Position numbers and translations under genes: made by a program
Source: an uncultured delta proteobacterium
Lineage (GTDB): Bacteria > Desulfobacterota > Desulfobacteria > Desulfobacterales > B30-G6
Length of the DNA stretch: 64,000 nucleotides
Assembly: GCA_963823335.1 (NCBI GenBank)
Contig: CAWGLD010000001.1
Coordinates: forward strand, 1,152,001 to 1,216,000
Reading direction: 5' to 3'
Shown: one piece after another, positions 49,284-58,910 of the stretch
How the letters are laid out: the number at the start of each line of letters is the position of its first letter
How positions within the stretch are numbered: the first letter of the stretch is position 1
Notes under the pieces: generated by a model
Seen by the model: the letters and a program-made list of their open reading frames with translations, nothing else
Database searches by the model: none
What the model was told of the DNA's origin: nothing

Positions 49284-50141
49284 TTGAAAAAAATAGGAGT
49301 CGTCGTCAAAGAAGATACAGAGGCCATGAACCAGGCCGATAAATTTGAGTCCTGGCTGGTTGCCAATGGGGTTTCCGTCATCCGCAGGAATATCGAGTGG
49401 ACGGATGGCGCCAACCTCGAACGCGGCCCTTCCTGTGCTTCACCGGATCTGTATTGTGTCTTTGCCCTGGGTGGCGATGGAACCTTTCTGAGTGCGGTCC
49501 GCTGGATCGGTGATCAGAAAATTCCCATTCTGGGGGTGAAATTCGGTGAGTTGGGCTTTCTTGCGGAGACAGATGAAAACAGCCTTTTGCGTGTGGGGGA
49601 AGCTGTTTTGAAAGGGGCCTTTAAAACCCGGCCGAGGATGCGGCTTCAGGTCAAGATTGACCGTCATGGTAAGCAAATTTCAAAAGCAACCGTGCTCAAT
49701 GACGTGGTGATCAATCGAGGTGCATCGACGCACCTGGCACATATTCAAACCTATATCGACGAGCATTTTTTAACGGAGTACCGGGCGGATGGACTTATCG
49801 TTTCAACACCCACAGGATCCACCGCATATTCACTGGCCGCCGGCGGCCCGATTGTCCATCCAGGAGTCAACAGCATACTGTTGTCGCCCATCTGCCCATT
49901 TACATTGACAAATCGGCCTTTGCTCGTTCCCGACTCTGTACGGATCAAAATTCAGCTGGCTGAGAGATCTTCAGATGCCATCGTGACCTTTGACGGCCAG
50001 GCCGCGTGCGAAATCGATTCAGGGGATATGATCACCATCCAGAAAGGTGATCATCCCATTTATGTGATTACACTACTGGACCATGACGATTATTTTGACC
50101 TCTTGAAGACCAAGCTCAGGTGGAGCGGTTCGCGGGTTTAA
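49284..50141 (+). CDS. nadK: NAD kinase (TTG start inferred)
   Basis: LGGDGTFL, GELGFL, LNDVV, DGLIVSTPTGSTAYSLAAGGP. Confidence 0.95.
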   Translation: MKKIGVVVKEDTEAMNQADKFESWLVANGVSVIRRNIEWTDGANLERGPSCASPDLYCVFALGGDGTFLSAVRWIGDQKIPILGVKFGELGFLAETDENSLLRVGEAVLKGAFKTRPRMRLQVKIDRHGKQISKATVLNDVVINRGASTHLAHIQTYIDEHFLTEYRADGLIVSTPTGSTAYSLAAGGPIVHPGVNSILLSPICPFTLTNRPLLVPDSVRIKIQLAERSSDAIVTFDGQAACEIDSGDMITIQKGDHPIYVITLLDHDDYFDLLKTKLRWSGSRV

Positions 50142-50211
50142 AACACGAGGGTTTGAGGGTCGCTGTCAGCCACCCTTCGACCCTTCAGTCCTCCACTCCT
50201 CCAACCCTATA

Positions 50212-51249
50212 TTACCTCCGCAATCCAGCATCGGTGTTTTCACCCACCGCTTCTGGGGGTAGATTCGATTTTATGAGGAAATTTTTCTGTAGGGACTGGA
50301 AGACCTTATCTACATTTTCAACGCCATCCCTTATTTCTTGAATACCACGTATGGTGGATGTCGTAATTTCCGGAACATCCTGACTCCCTTTTTCAACATT
50401 TTCCAGGATTGCTTTAATGGTGGGCATATTGGTTTCAATCTGAACCAGGATGTCTTTCAAAATCGCCACACTTTCTGTAACCCCCCTTGTAACATCTTCA
50501 ACACCGGCCAGACTGGTTTGTGCCTGATCCACCGTGCCGGGTGTTTTTGAGCTGGCTTCCGAAAGAGATGCCAGTATTTCACCAACGCTTTTGAGCCGCA
50601 TTAAAATGACGTCCAGCAGCTGGGTCGACGTTAACAGGTTTCCCAGGGTGCCGTCGCCGTCCTCGATTCCCCTCGTTATGGCTTCGACATGTTGGGTTGT
50701 CTTGTTGATGTTTTCAAACGCAGATAAAAGCGGCCCATTGGGATCGTTGAGCGTCTGAGTGAATTCTGCGATATCCTGAATGGCCTGGACAAGCTTCCTG
50801 ACGGTTTCTTCCACCTCAAACTCGGCCATGACATCGGCAATCGATTTTTTAGCTTTTGATGAAATGTCACCTCCCTGGGGTAGCAACGGGGCATCGGCGG
50901 AACCCGGAATGATGGATATGTACTCGGACCCGATTAAAGTGGGACTCTCGACGGTGGCCAGGGTATCTGTACGGATTCTTGATTCATATTTTTCTAAAAT
51001 GACGAGTTTGACCTTGACCTTGTTTTCGACGGTAATGGCCTTGACCGTGCCGATGTTGGTTTTGAACAGTTTCACATCGGCACCGACCTTCAGGTTGTAG
51101 CTTTCATTGAAGGTCGTATAATATGTATTGTACTTCTCAAACCAGTTTTTACCGCGCCCTATGACAATAATGGCTGACAACAACAGTAAAGCGATGGAGA
51201 TAACAAATATACCGACAATTTTTTCTTTTCTGTTATATGTGATTTCCAT
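50212..51249 (-). CDS. MlaD/MCE family protein
   Basis: N-terminal TM, MCE-like LKVGADVK..IGTVKAI, LIGSEYISIIPG, long helical tail. Confidence 0.85.
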   Translation of the reverse strand: MEITYNRKEKIVGIFVISIALLLLSAIIVIGRGKNWFEKYNTYYTTFNESYNLKVGADVKLFKTNIGTVKAITVENKVKVKLVILEKYESRIRTDTLATVESPTLIGSEYISIIPGSADAPLLPQGGDISSKAKKSIADVMAEFEVEETVRKLVQAIQDIAEFTQTLNDPNGPLLSAFENINKTTQHVEAITRGIEDGDGTLGNLLTSTQLLDVILMRLKSVGEILASLSEASSKTPGTVDQAQTSLAGVEDVTRGVTESVAILKDILVQIETNMPTIKAILENVEKGSQDVPEITTSTIRGIQEIRDGVENVDKVFQSLQKNFLIKSNLPPEAVGENTDAGLRR

Positions 51250-51284
51250 GTCTTAGCCTTTTTAGGGTTTAGACTGAAGGCTGT

Positions 51285-51457
51285 TATTGCCTCGGCAGTT
51301 AAACACCCTACGGATGTCATTCCCGCGAAAGCGGGAATCCAGAAAGGCACTGGATGCGCCCGCTAACTAATTGCTGGGGCAGGCTTATCAAGCTTGTCCC
51401 CGACCTGATCGGGGATCCGGCATGACGGTGTTTGGCTATTTAGTTGCCGGGTTAATA
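51285..51457. repeat. Composite REP/MITE-like element with ATTCCC-N8-GGGAAT core
   Basis: gtcattcccgcgaaagcgggaatccag...ctggat...tccccgacctgatcgggga.ccggcatgac; imperfect terminal IR tatt..ccggca..taaa. Confidence 0.7.
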
Positions 51458-51458
51458 G

Positions 51459-52148
51459 CTATCCTCGGCCCCTTGAACCTTCAGTCACTTCCTGGAGTGT
51501 TCCTTTTGATATCACAAGTTTTCTCTTGGAGAAAGTTTCAATAAAATGTCGATACTCGGATAGAAACGCAAAACAAACGTTTTCACCCAGCATGTCGAAC
51601 AATATTGTGTTCAATGTCTCAAGATTGGCTATCCCTATATATTTTTCGGGATATTCCATGAGCAACATCTCTGGTGTTTTGGCGAATTCTCTGACCGTAA
51701 CGGCAAAACGGTAATCAAGACCTGTAAGGGCTTCCGGTCTTAAGTCGAGTTTGTCCTGGAGCGAAAACAGTCTGCAGAGCTCCTGTGTACGCAGATCCAG
51801 TTGCCTGGAAAAAGAATTCGTGAAGTAAGCATCCATGAGGAGCAAATTTTCCCGCACGGTTAGATTGCTTATCAGAGCAGAGTGGGACGTGATGAATCCG
51901 ATATTCTTTTTTGTATCAAGGAGGTTTCTGTAATTCGAAAAATCCAACATGTTTCCTTTGTATCGATAGTCACCGTGCAAAGGACGAATCAGCGTAGCCA
52001 ATGACATTAAAAAGTTGAGAGCGTCATCGGCGGAATCCGTCGAAATCGAAACCACATCACCCGGGGTCATGGAAAAATAAAAGGGCTGGAAGGGGCGGCC
52101 TGTTTTCTTGGAATCAAAAGAATATTCAGTAAGTTCGACGAGTTTCAT
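51459..52148 (-). CDS. MlaF-like ABC ATPase with degenerate catalytic motifs
   Basis: ABC-fold pattern (PGDVVSI, IGFI, NLTVRENL, PEALTG, MLLMEYPE) but no GxxGxGKS/T; lies between mlaE-like and mlaD-like genes. Confidence 0.7.
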   Translation of the reverse strand: MKLVELTEYSFDSKKTGRPFQPFYFSMTPGDVVSISTDSADDALNFLMSLATLIRPLHGDYRYKGNMLDFSNYRNLLDTKKNIGFITSHSALISNLTVRENLLLMDAYFTNSFSRQLDLRTQELCRLFSLQDKLDLRPEALTGLDYRFAVTVREFAKTPEMLLMEYPEKYIGIANLETLNTILFDMLGENVCFAFLSEYRHFIETFSKRKLVISKGTLQEVTEGSRGRG

Positions 52149-52150
52149 TT

Positions 52151-52927
52151 TTAAAGATAGAATAATGCGGATATGGTTGCACTGACGATCAGACAGGCTC
52201 CAAGGCACTGCACGGATGCTTTGGAAGCGGCTACGGGAATCTGGGTAATATGCTGTTTTGTCTTGAATCCATGATAAAGACAAATGACGGTAATGGCAAT
52301 GCCGAACAATATGGCCTTTATAATTCCGACGACAATATCAGCGGCGGATATGTTATTGGCGATCTGAAAAAAATTATCCCCAAGACTGGTATAGGTGACG
52401 AGCCAGACGACGCCATAACCACCCACGATGGCGGTAATGTCGAATACGATAAAAAGAGAGAGAATAGCTGATGTGATGCCCACCAGTCTTGGGACGCATA
52501 TGACCCAGAGTGGGTCGAGTCCCGACATTTCCAGGGCGTCCATTTCATTAAAGACATTCATGTAGCTGATTTCTACTGTAACCGCTGTTGCCGATCGGAG
52601 AATGATCAGGAGGGCCGTCAGGGTCGGCCCTAAATCTCGGATGAGAATCAGGGCGATAATATTCCCAAGCGTTGACTGCCCTGAAACTTTGGAAAACTGA
52701 AGGATAATCATACTGCCGATCAGTATCGCAAAGAGAAGGATAACCGGTAGTGTCTGAACGGCGGTGAAATAGACCTGCTCCAATGTAATGCGGCGGACCA
52801 GGAACATTCCCTTTTTTGGCGGAAAGACCATGGTGCGGAGAATGTGATAAGCAAAGGTAAGGAGTGTGGAAAAACGGTTGGACAAATGGATCGTTCGCCT
52901 GCCTATTGCACCGATGATGGTTTGCAT
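52151..52927 (-). CDS. MlaE family ABC permease
   Basis: LIRDLGPTLTALLIILRSATA, NEMDALEMSGLDP, VPRLVG, KAILFG. Confidence 0.88.
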   Translation of the reverse strand: MQTIIGAIGRRTIHLSNRFSTLLTFAYHILRTMVFPPKKGMFLVRRITLEQVYFTAVQTLPVILLFAILIGSMIILQFSKVSGQSTLGNIIALILIRDLGPTLTALLIILRSATAVTVEISYMNVFNEMDALEMSGLDPLWVICVPRLVGITSAILSLFIVFDITAIVGGYGVVWLVTYTSLGDNFFQIANNISAADIVVGIIKAILFGIAITVICLYHGFKTKQHITQIPVAASKASVQCLGACLIVSATISALFYL

Positions 52928-53017
52928 ACATGCCTTCAGGTTTACAGATCTTGATCTATGACTGCGTGAAGGTTCAGCCGTCAGCACTTTCCGCGAAGCG
53001 TTTATCCGCCAGACAGG

Positions 53018-53093
53018 TTGAACCGAAACAGCGAGCGCATTCCCCGTAGGTTCTGCCGTTCGGCGGTGCTTCGCATGCTGCGGGGCTCTTCAA
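53018..53093. repeat. TTGAA...TTCAA repeat, copy 5
   Basis: ttgaaccgaaacagcgagcgcattccccgtaggttctgccgttcggcgg...gctgcggggctcttcaa. Confidence 0.8.
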
Positions 53094-53111
53094 TCGGGGC
53101 CGGTCTTATTG

Positions 53112-53140
53112 TTGACACAAAAAATCTTACACTATATAGT
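53112..53140 (+). promoter_or_regulatory. Candidate sigma70 promoter
   Basis: TTGACA-N17-TATAGT. Confidence 0.55.
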
Positions 53141-53168
53141 CTAAAAAGGTCAACAAAATTAAGTGAAT

Positions 53169-53411
53169 ATGTTCTGTGGGATTGCCCAATTGATTCTTCC
53201 CGAAGAGATCAAGCGGATTGAATCCATCAAAACAGAATCCAGCGGGGAGGAGATCTTATCTGGAAGCGATTCTGTTTCCCCTCCCGTAACGGCAGCGGAG
53301 AGATATACAGGGTGTGGTGGCGGATGGCTGTGGCAACCCGGGCGCTTCCAGCGGTGGGTGCCGCTGATCGTAGACGAACAGATATATCGTGCTGTCATTG
53401 TACTTGACTGA
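53169..53411 (+). CDS. Hypothetical small protein
   Basis: Lies between the candidate promoter and the TPR gene; no recognisable motif; weak RBS. Confidence 0.3.
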   Translation: MFCGIAQLILPEEIKRIESIKTESSGEEILSGSDSVSPPVTAAERYTGCGGGWLWQPGRFQRWVPLIVDEQIYRAVIVLD

Positions 53412-53423
53412 ACCGGAGGGGAC

Positions 53424-53870
53424 ATGCTTTCTAGTAACTCAATTGTCAATTTCGTGTTTTCGTGTTTTCGTATTTTCGTGATAAAAGATCTTTTGTTTTC
53501 TGTCCGGGTCAGAAGCCTGCTGCCTGTCCTGCCCGTTGTCTGCCTGTTGTTCCTGGTGTCATGCGGACCGGAAACCATTATGCTGAGACCCGGCTTGGAT
53601 ACGCCGTTTCAACATGTTGATAATGGATATAAATTGATGACATATGACAAAACCGACGCTGCCATCAGAGAATTTAATCGAGCGATGGAGCTCGACGCCG
53701 GGTATGCCCCCGCCTATGTAGGGCTTGGAATCGTATATGGAATGAAGGGGGATCTGGGTCAGGGAAGAGCCCTGATGGAGAAAGCAAAAACCTTGGCAAG
53801 AAATGACGAACAGAAAAAGGAAGTTGAGATGGGGTTCGAGCGACTGGATTATATGGAGAAGGGGAACTGA
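53424..53870 (+). CDS. TPR-containing putative lipoprotein
   Basis: GGAGG RBS; lipobox-like LVSC; TPR AIREFNRAMELDAGYAPAYVGLGIVY. Confidence 0.75.
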   Translation: MLSSNSIVNFVFSCFRIFVIKDLLFSVRVRSLLPVLPVVCLLFLVSCGPETIMLRPGLDTPFQHVDNGYKLMTYDKTDAAIREFNRAMELDAGYAPAYVGLGIVYGMKGDLGQGRALMEKAKTLARNDEQKKEVEMGFERLDYMEKGN

Positions 53871-53953
53871 GGGTCCGAGGGTGGCTGAAAGCGATCAGAA
53901 AAAAGTATCTGCCAGGCTACTGCCCAAACCCTAAAAAAGTTATCGAGCGTTAT

Positions 53954-54000
53954 AAAAAAAGCCCTCAGCTATGAGCAACAATCAACTTATAGCTGAGGGC
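53954..54000 (-). terminator. Rho-independent terminator after ahcY
   Basis: gccctcagctatgag...cttatagctgagggc stem plus T7 on the minus strand. Confidence 0.75.
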
Positions 54001-54057
54001 GAATAGCTTACCCTCGAACCCTTGTATCACCCTCCAACCCCTGAATCCTTTTTTTTC

Positions 54058-55320
54058 CTATGTCCCGATATTCCATGAAGAAAGGTATTGTTTCTGTTCA
54101 CGAGTGAGCCGGTCAATCTTGATGCCCATGGAAACCAGTTTTTCTTTTGCTATGGCGGCGTCTATTTTTTCCGGAACCGGGTGCACATCCAAGGCCAGCG
54201 AATCTGCCAGCTTGACCATATGTTCGATACAGAGGGCCTGATTTGCGAAACTCATATCCATAACACTTGACGGATGACCTTCTGCGGCAGCCAGGTTGAT
54301 GAGTCTGCCGTCCCCCAACACATTGATGCGTTTCCCGTCCGCCATCACGTACTCTTCCACAAACGGCCGGATCATCCTTCTGCTTTTGGCCAGTTCGGCC
54401 AGAGACGCGAGGTCCAGTTCGACGTTGAAGTGACCGGAATTGGCCACCATGGCACCATCTTTCATGAGGGAGAAATGTTCTTTACGGATAACATTGATGT
54501 TACCGGTTACGGTACAGAAAAAGTCCCCTACCCTGGCGGCTTTATTCATAGGCATGACGGAGAAACCGTCCATGACCGCTTCCAGTGCTGTCAAGGCATC
54601 GACCTCTGTAACGATGACGTTTCCACCCATTCCTCTGGCCCTCATGGCTAGACCGCGACCACACCAGCCATACCCGCAGACAACAAATATCGATCCAGCT
54701 ATCAAGCGGTTCGTGGCGCGAATAATTCCATCTATGGTACTCTGGCCGGTGCCGTAGCGGTTGTCAAAGAAGTGCTTTGTCTTGGCGTCGTTGACGGCAA
54801 TGATGGGGTACTTCAACACGTGGTCCGCCGCCATGCTCTTGAGCCGGATGACACCGGTTGTGGTCTCTTCCGTGCCTCCCTGAACCAGGTCGATGAGTTC
54901 GGATCGTTCTGAGTGCAGGATGGAGACCAGATCGGCACCATCATCCATAGTATACTGAGGCTTTGTGTCTATAACGGCGTTGATGTGACTGTAATAGGTC
55001 TTGTTGTTTTCACCTTTGATGGCAAAAACGGCAATTTTGTCGGTTTTTACCAGGGAGGCGGCCACGTCATCCTGGGTGCTCAGAGGGTTGGAAGCGCAGA
55101 GGGAAACCTGTGCGCCGCCGGCTTTGAGGGTCTGCATCAAAGAGGCTGTTTCCGTTGTTACGTGAAGACAGGCGCCGATACGTTTTCCCTTCAATGGTTT
55201 TTCTTTTTCAAATCGTGCTTTGATACGATTCAGCACCGGCATGTTTTGATTGGCCCACTCGATGCGCAACTGGCCTCCCTGGGCGAGTTTCAGGTCCTTT
55301 ACATCATGATTCATATTCAT
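54058..55320 (-). CDS. ahcY: Adenosylhomocysteinase
   Basis: [52 protein letters not shown]. Confidence 0.97.
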   Translation of the reverse strand: MNMNHDVKDLKLAQGGQLRIEWANQNMPVLNRIKARFEKEKPLKGKRIGACLHVTTETASLMQTLKAGGAQVSLCASNPLSTQDDVAASLVKTDKIAVFAIKGENNKTYYSHINAVIDTKPQYTMDDGADLVSILHSERSELIDLVQGGTEETTTGVIRLKSMAADHVLKYPIIAVNDAKTKHFFDNRYGTGQSTIDGIIRATNRLIAGSIFVVCGYGWCGRGLAMRARGMGGNVIVTEVDALTALEAVMDGFSVMPMNKAARVGDFFCTVTGNINVIRKEHFSLMKDGAMVANSGHFNVELDLASLAELAKSRRMIRPFVEEYVMADGKRINVLGDGRLINLAAAEGHPSSVMDMSFANQALCIEHMVKLADSLALDVHPVPEKIDAAIAKEKLVSMGIKIDRLTREQKQYLSSWNIGT

Positions 55321-55394
55321 TTTTCTCCTGTTGATTGCTTTCATACTTTTTTATAGGGATCCGCAGAAAAAGAATGCGGTGGAAGTATCTCAGG

Positions 55395-56564
55395 TTATAA
55401 GCCAGCTTTTTTTCTTATCTCTTCTACTTTATTGGTCTTCTCCCATGAAAATTCGGGTTCGGATCGACCAAAGTGACCATATGCGGCTGTTTTACGATAG
55501 ATGGGCCGCAACAGATCGAGGTATTCGATAATAGCGGCAGGGCGCAGATCAAAGACATCATTTACGATATCTTCCACCTGTTGCTTTGGAATCACGCCGG
55601 TTCCCATGAGATCAACCATGATGGAGACCGGCTCGGCAACACCGATGGCATAGGCGATTTGAATTTCACATTTTTTAGACAGTCCGGCAGCAACGATATT
55701 TTTGGCAATATGCCGGCCCATGTAGGAAGCGCTCCGGTCTACTTTAGAGGGGTCCTTGCCGGAAAAGCATCCGCCCCCATGACTCCCCTGGCCGCCATAG
55801 GTGTCGACGATAATTTTTCTTCCGGTGACACCGCAGTCACCCATGGGGCCGCCCACCACAAATTTGCCTGTCGGGTTGATAAAATAACGGGTATCGCCAT
55901 CCCGCAAGTCTGCTGGTATGGTCTTTTTGATGACCTCTTCGATAACGGCTTCCCTGAGGTCTTCATAGGACACATCCGGTTTATGCTGGGTAGACACCAC
56001 CACGGTATCCACTCGCCGGGGCACTCCGTTGTCATATTCGATGGTGACCTGGGACTTGCCGTCCGGTCTCAGAAAATCGAGGGCGCCGCTCTTGCGGATC
56101 CGGGCAAGACGTTTGCACAGGTTATGTGCGAATATGATCGGCATAGGCATGAGTTCAGGTGTTTCATCGGTGGCAAAACCGAACATCAGACCCTGGTCGC
56201 CGGCTCCCTGTTCCTTGTAAAGCCCCTCACCGATGTTGATACCCTGGGCGATATCAGGGGACTGCCTGCCAATACTGGTAATGACGGAACAGGTCTGATA
56301 ATCAAACCCCATCATGGAAGAGCTGTAACCGATGTCACGGATGGTATCACGGACAATTTGGGGCATATCCACATAACATTGGGTGGTGATTTCGCCGGCA
56401 ATAAAGGCAAGACCGGTGGTTACGAGTGTTTCACATGCAACTCGGCAGTTTTTGTCTTCCGCGATAATTGCATCCAAAATCGCGTCAGAAATCGCGTCGG
56501 CCACCTTGTCCGGGTGTCCTTCCGTTACCGACTCGGATGTAAAATAGAATTTTTCTTTTTGCAT
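55395..56564 (-). CDS. metK: S-adenosylmethionine synthetase
   Basis: [46 protein letters not shown]. Confidence 0.97.
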   Translation of the reverse strand: MQKEKFYFTSESVTEGHPDKVADAISDAILDAIIAEDKNCRVACETLVTTGLAFIAGEITTQCYVDMPQIVRDTIRDIGYSSSMMGFDYQTCSVITSIGRQSPDIAQGINIGEGLYKEQGAGDQGLMFGFATDETPELMPMPIIFAHNLCKRLARIRKSGALDFLRPDGKSQVTIEYDNGVPRRVDTVVVSTQHKPDVSYEDLREAVIEEVIKKTIPADLRDGDTRYFINPTGKFVVGGPMGDCGVTGRKIIVDTYGGQGSHGGGCFSGKDPSKVDRSASYMGRHIAKNIVAAGLSKKCEIQIAYAIGVAEPVSIMVDLMGTGVIPKQQVEDIVNDVFDLRPAAIIEYLDLLRPIYRKTAAYGHFGRSEPEFSWEKTNKVEEIRKKAGL

Positions 56565-56637
56565 GGATCGTCTCCTCTGAATTGGAATCGCCATTTGTTT
56601 GGCAGGCCCGACAGCAACATTCAAGCCCAAACCACAA

Positions 56638-56666
56638 ATAATATGCCTATGGGTTAGAAATGTCAA
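56638..56666 (-). promoter_or_regulatory. Candidate sigma70 promoter for metK-ahcY
   Basis: TTGACA-N17-TATTAT on the minus strand. Confidence 0.6.
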
Positions 56667-56754
56667 TATCTGCAGGTGGTGTTGTTACATCGATGAAAAT
56701 ATCGAAGCGAGATATGACATACGTCTATTCATATGGGGAAGTTATCTCTGCTGT

Positions 56755-57366
56755 TCAGACGCCGATCATTTGGCAAACTAGTTTTTCCGCCATGTTTAAA
56801 TCTATTCGATTCATGTTGAGAACCAAATGATAGAGACCTGGGTTGTCATAATCTTTTTTGTGTAATTTCCGATATAAACTCAAGCGGCGTTTATCCTCAT
56901 TGGTAACGACCTGGTTCGCCTTTTTTGGTGAAAATTGGTAGCGGTCGACCAGAAATTGCACGCGATTTTCAAATTCATCCACCAGGAGAATGTGGAAGGC
57001 ATCTGGATGGTCGTTCAAGATATACTGACTGCCGCGGCCGATAATGACCACATTGTTTTCATCGGCCATCTTGGCGATAATCAGGACAAGGTAGTCGAGA
57101 TATATCTGTTCGTCCAGATAGCCTCGTTCATCTTTAAGGACACGATCGATCCATTTCTGGGAAACCATGGAAGAGATGACGCGCGACAACTTGGTACCGG
57201 CTTCCTTTTCAAACGCTTCGACCCATTGGGGGGAAACATTCGCTTCTCTGGCAATTTCCTGGATGATTTCTGTATCCGCAAACGTATATCCGAGTTTGTC
57301 TGCAATCATTTTTCCGAGGGTTATACCCCCGGCACCGAATTGTCTCGATATGGTGAGAACCGCCAT
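56755..57366 (-). CDS. Cytidylate kinase-like family protein
   Basis: TISRQFGAGG, VIIGRGSQYIL, YHLVLN. Confidence 0.85.
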   Translation of the reverse strand: MAVLTISRQFGAGGITLGKMIADKLGYTFADTEIIQEIAREANVSPQWVEAFEKEAGTKLSRVISSMVSQKWIDRVLKDERGYLDEQIYLDYLVLIIAKMADENNVVIIGRGSQYILNDHPDAFHILLVDEFENRVQFLVDRYQFSPKKANQVVTNEDKRRLSLYRKLHKKDYDNPGLYHLVLNMNRIDLNMAEKLVCQMIGV

Positions 57367-57388
57367 CTATATTACCTCCAAAGGCTGA

Positions 57389-58264
57389 TTATGTTACGGG
57401 TGGTATCAGTAGTGTGGGTATGTCCGTTTTTTCCGCCAGGTACCGGGGGGTGCTCCCGACCAGTTTTTCTTTTAAAGACGGGTTTGAGGACGTGCCGGCA
57501 ATGACCATGGTGGCATTGAACTCTTTGGCCGCCATAACAATTTCCTTAGCCGGATTTCCAACATACACGGCAGGCGATGCGTCTATCCCTTCTGCGATAA
57601 GCAGATCGCATAGTTTATCGAGTTTCCTGCGAATTTTTTTTCTGGTTTTCTGGACTCCCATGGCCGATGGCTCTTTCAAGCTTTTTGGATCCCCCACGTG
57701 GACAATGGTTGCTTTTTTAATGACCGGGGCCAAGGGTTTCAAATAATCGATTACTTTTTGGTTTGTTTTGGAGAAACAGGTGGCAAGGAGGGGTCGTTCA
57801 AATGGCTTTTCTACGGACAGGGTATTGTCGGGTTTGTACTTGTAAACCAGCACCGGTGTTTGAGATCGACGGATGATTCCCAGAATATCCGAAGAGGAAT
57901 AGAGCTGTTCGATACGACCTTTTTTCTTATAACCGACGACGATGAGATCGATATCTTCTTTCTCAGCGGCGGTGATAACCTGTTTTACCAGGCTCCCTAC
58001 AACAATATATGCCCCGACCTCGAGTCCTCTTTCAAACAGGGTTTCGGCCCAGTTGATAAAGCGGATATTGGCCATTTCTTTCAGGCGGACTTCTTCGACT
58101 TTCTGGTACCCTTTTCCTCTTCTCAGGGCGACTTTTTCCCGTTCAATGACATTGAGAAAAACGACATGATCGAAAGAGATTTTTCTTAAATCCATCAGAG
58201 ATTCAACTGCATCAAACCAAAGCTCTTCAAATTTGGTAACAAATAAAATTTTCCGGATATCCAT
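57389..58264 (-). CDS. Tandem universal stress protein
   Basis: Two USP domains: DIDLIVVG...PVLV and GNPAKEIV...VGST...PTLLIP. Confidence 0.88.
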   Translation of the reverse strand: MDIRKILFVTKFEELWFDAVESLMDLRKISFDHVVFLNVIEREKVALRRGKGYQKVEEVRLKEMANIRFINWAETLFERGLEVGAYIVVGSLVKQVITAAEKEDIDLIVVGYKKKGRIEQLYSSSDILGIIRRSQTPVLVYKYKPDNTLSVEKPFERPLLATCFSKTNQKVIDYLKPLAPVIKKATIVHVGDPKSLKEPSAMGVQKTRKKIRRKLDKLCDLLIAEGIDASPAVYVGNPAKEIVMAAKEFNATMVIAGTSSNPSLKEKLVGSTPRYLAEKTDIPTLLIPPVT

Positions 58265-58358
58265 AATGATGGTTCCTTCTTTACCCCCGTGCGTAGCGAG
58301 GTTCAGTCAAAAAGGTGCTTTTGCAACTTGGCGAAACAAAGTGTTTTGGCAGATCGCT

Positions 58359-58751
58359 TTATCCGATAAACTTGTTGATCGCTGCTGAAAGTTCCTCGGG
58401 TTCAACCGGTTTTTCAAGGTAGATTTCGGGTTCCGGCACACTCTCACCGCCAAACTCGGTCAAGGCTTTTTGTGAACGCAGGAATGTTTTTTTTGCAATA
58501 CCGGAAAGAAGAATAACGGGAATATGTTTCAGGGACTTGTCGGTTTTCAAATCTCTGAATAGCCTGATACCGCTCTGTCTCGGCATGAGCACATCCAGAA
58601 TGACAAGGTCCGGTTTCTCTTCTTTCAGCAATTTGAGTCCTTCTTCGCCATTGCTTGCTTCAATGGGTGTAAAACCATTTTCCTCCACCACGGTAACATT
58701 GAACAATCTCACATCAGGGTCGTCATCTACGACAAGTACTTTTTTGCTCAT
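58359..58751 (-). CDS. Single-domain response regulator
   Basis: VLVVDDD, PDLVILDVLMP, YLEKP. Confidence 0.92.
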   Translation of the reverse strand: MSKKVLVVDDDPDVRLFNVTVVEENGFTPIEASNGEEGLKLLKEEKPDLVILDVLMPRQSGIRLFRDLKTDKSLKHIPVILLSGIAKKTFLRSQKALTEFGGESVPEPEIYLEKPVEPEELSAAINKFIG

Positions 58752-58796
58752 GGTAAGGCCTCCCAGTGCCTGAATAAATAGTCTGTCACGACAGTC

Positions 58797-58818
58797 TGTA
58801 TCACCGATCGGTGATACA
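58797..58818. promoter_or_regulatory. Perfect 22-bp palindrome
   Basis: tgtatcaccgatcggtgataca is its own reverse complement. Confidence 0.45.
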
Positions 58819-58910
58819 ATTATCGAGTTGCCAAATTTTATTGATTCTTCTCCACTTTGGCTGGAGAAGAGGATTGAAGAATCTATTTTAGAGTGTATTT
58901 TTCATTATGC

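Noticed and set aside
5300-53093. CRISPR array from the recurring TTGAA/TTCAA repeats
   Set aside because: Copies are kilobases apart and variable in length, with no regular spacers and no cas genes.
56565-56754. SAM riboswitch upstream of metK
   Set aside because: No SAM-I/II core motifs recognised; the predicted leader is only ~65 nt with one modest hairpin.
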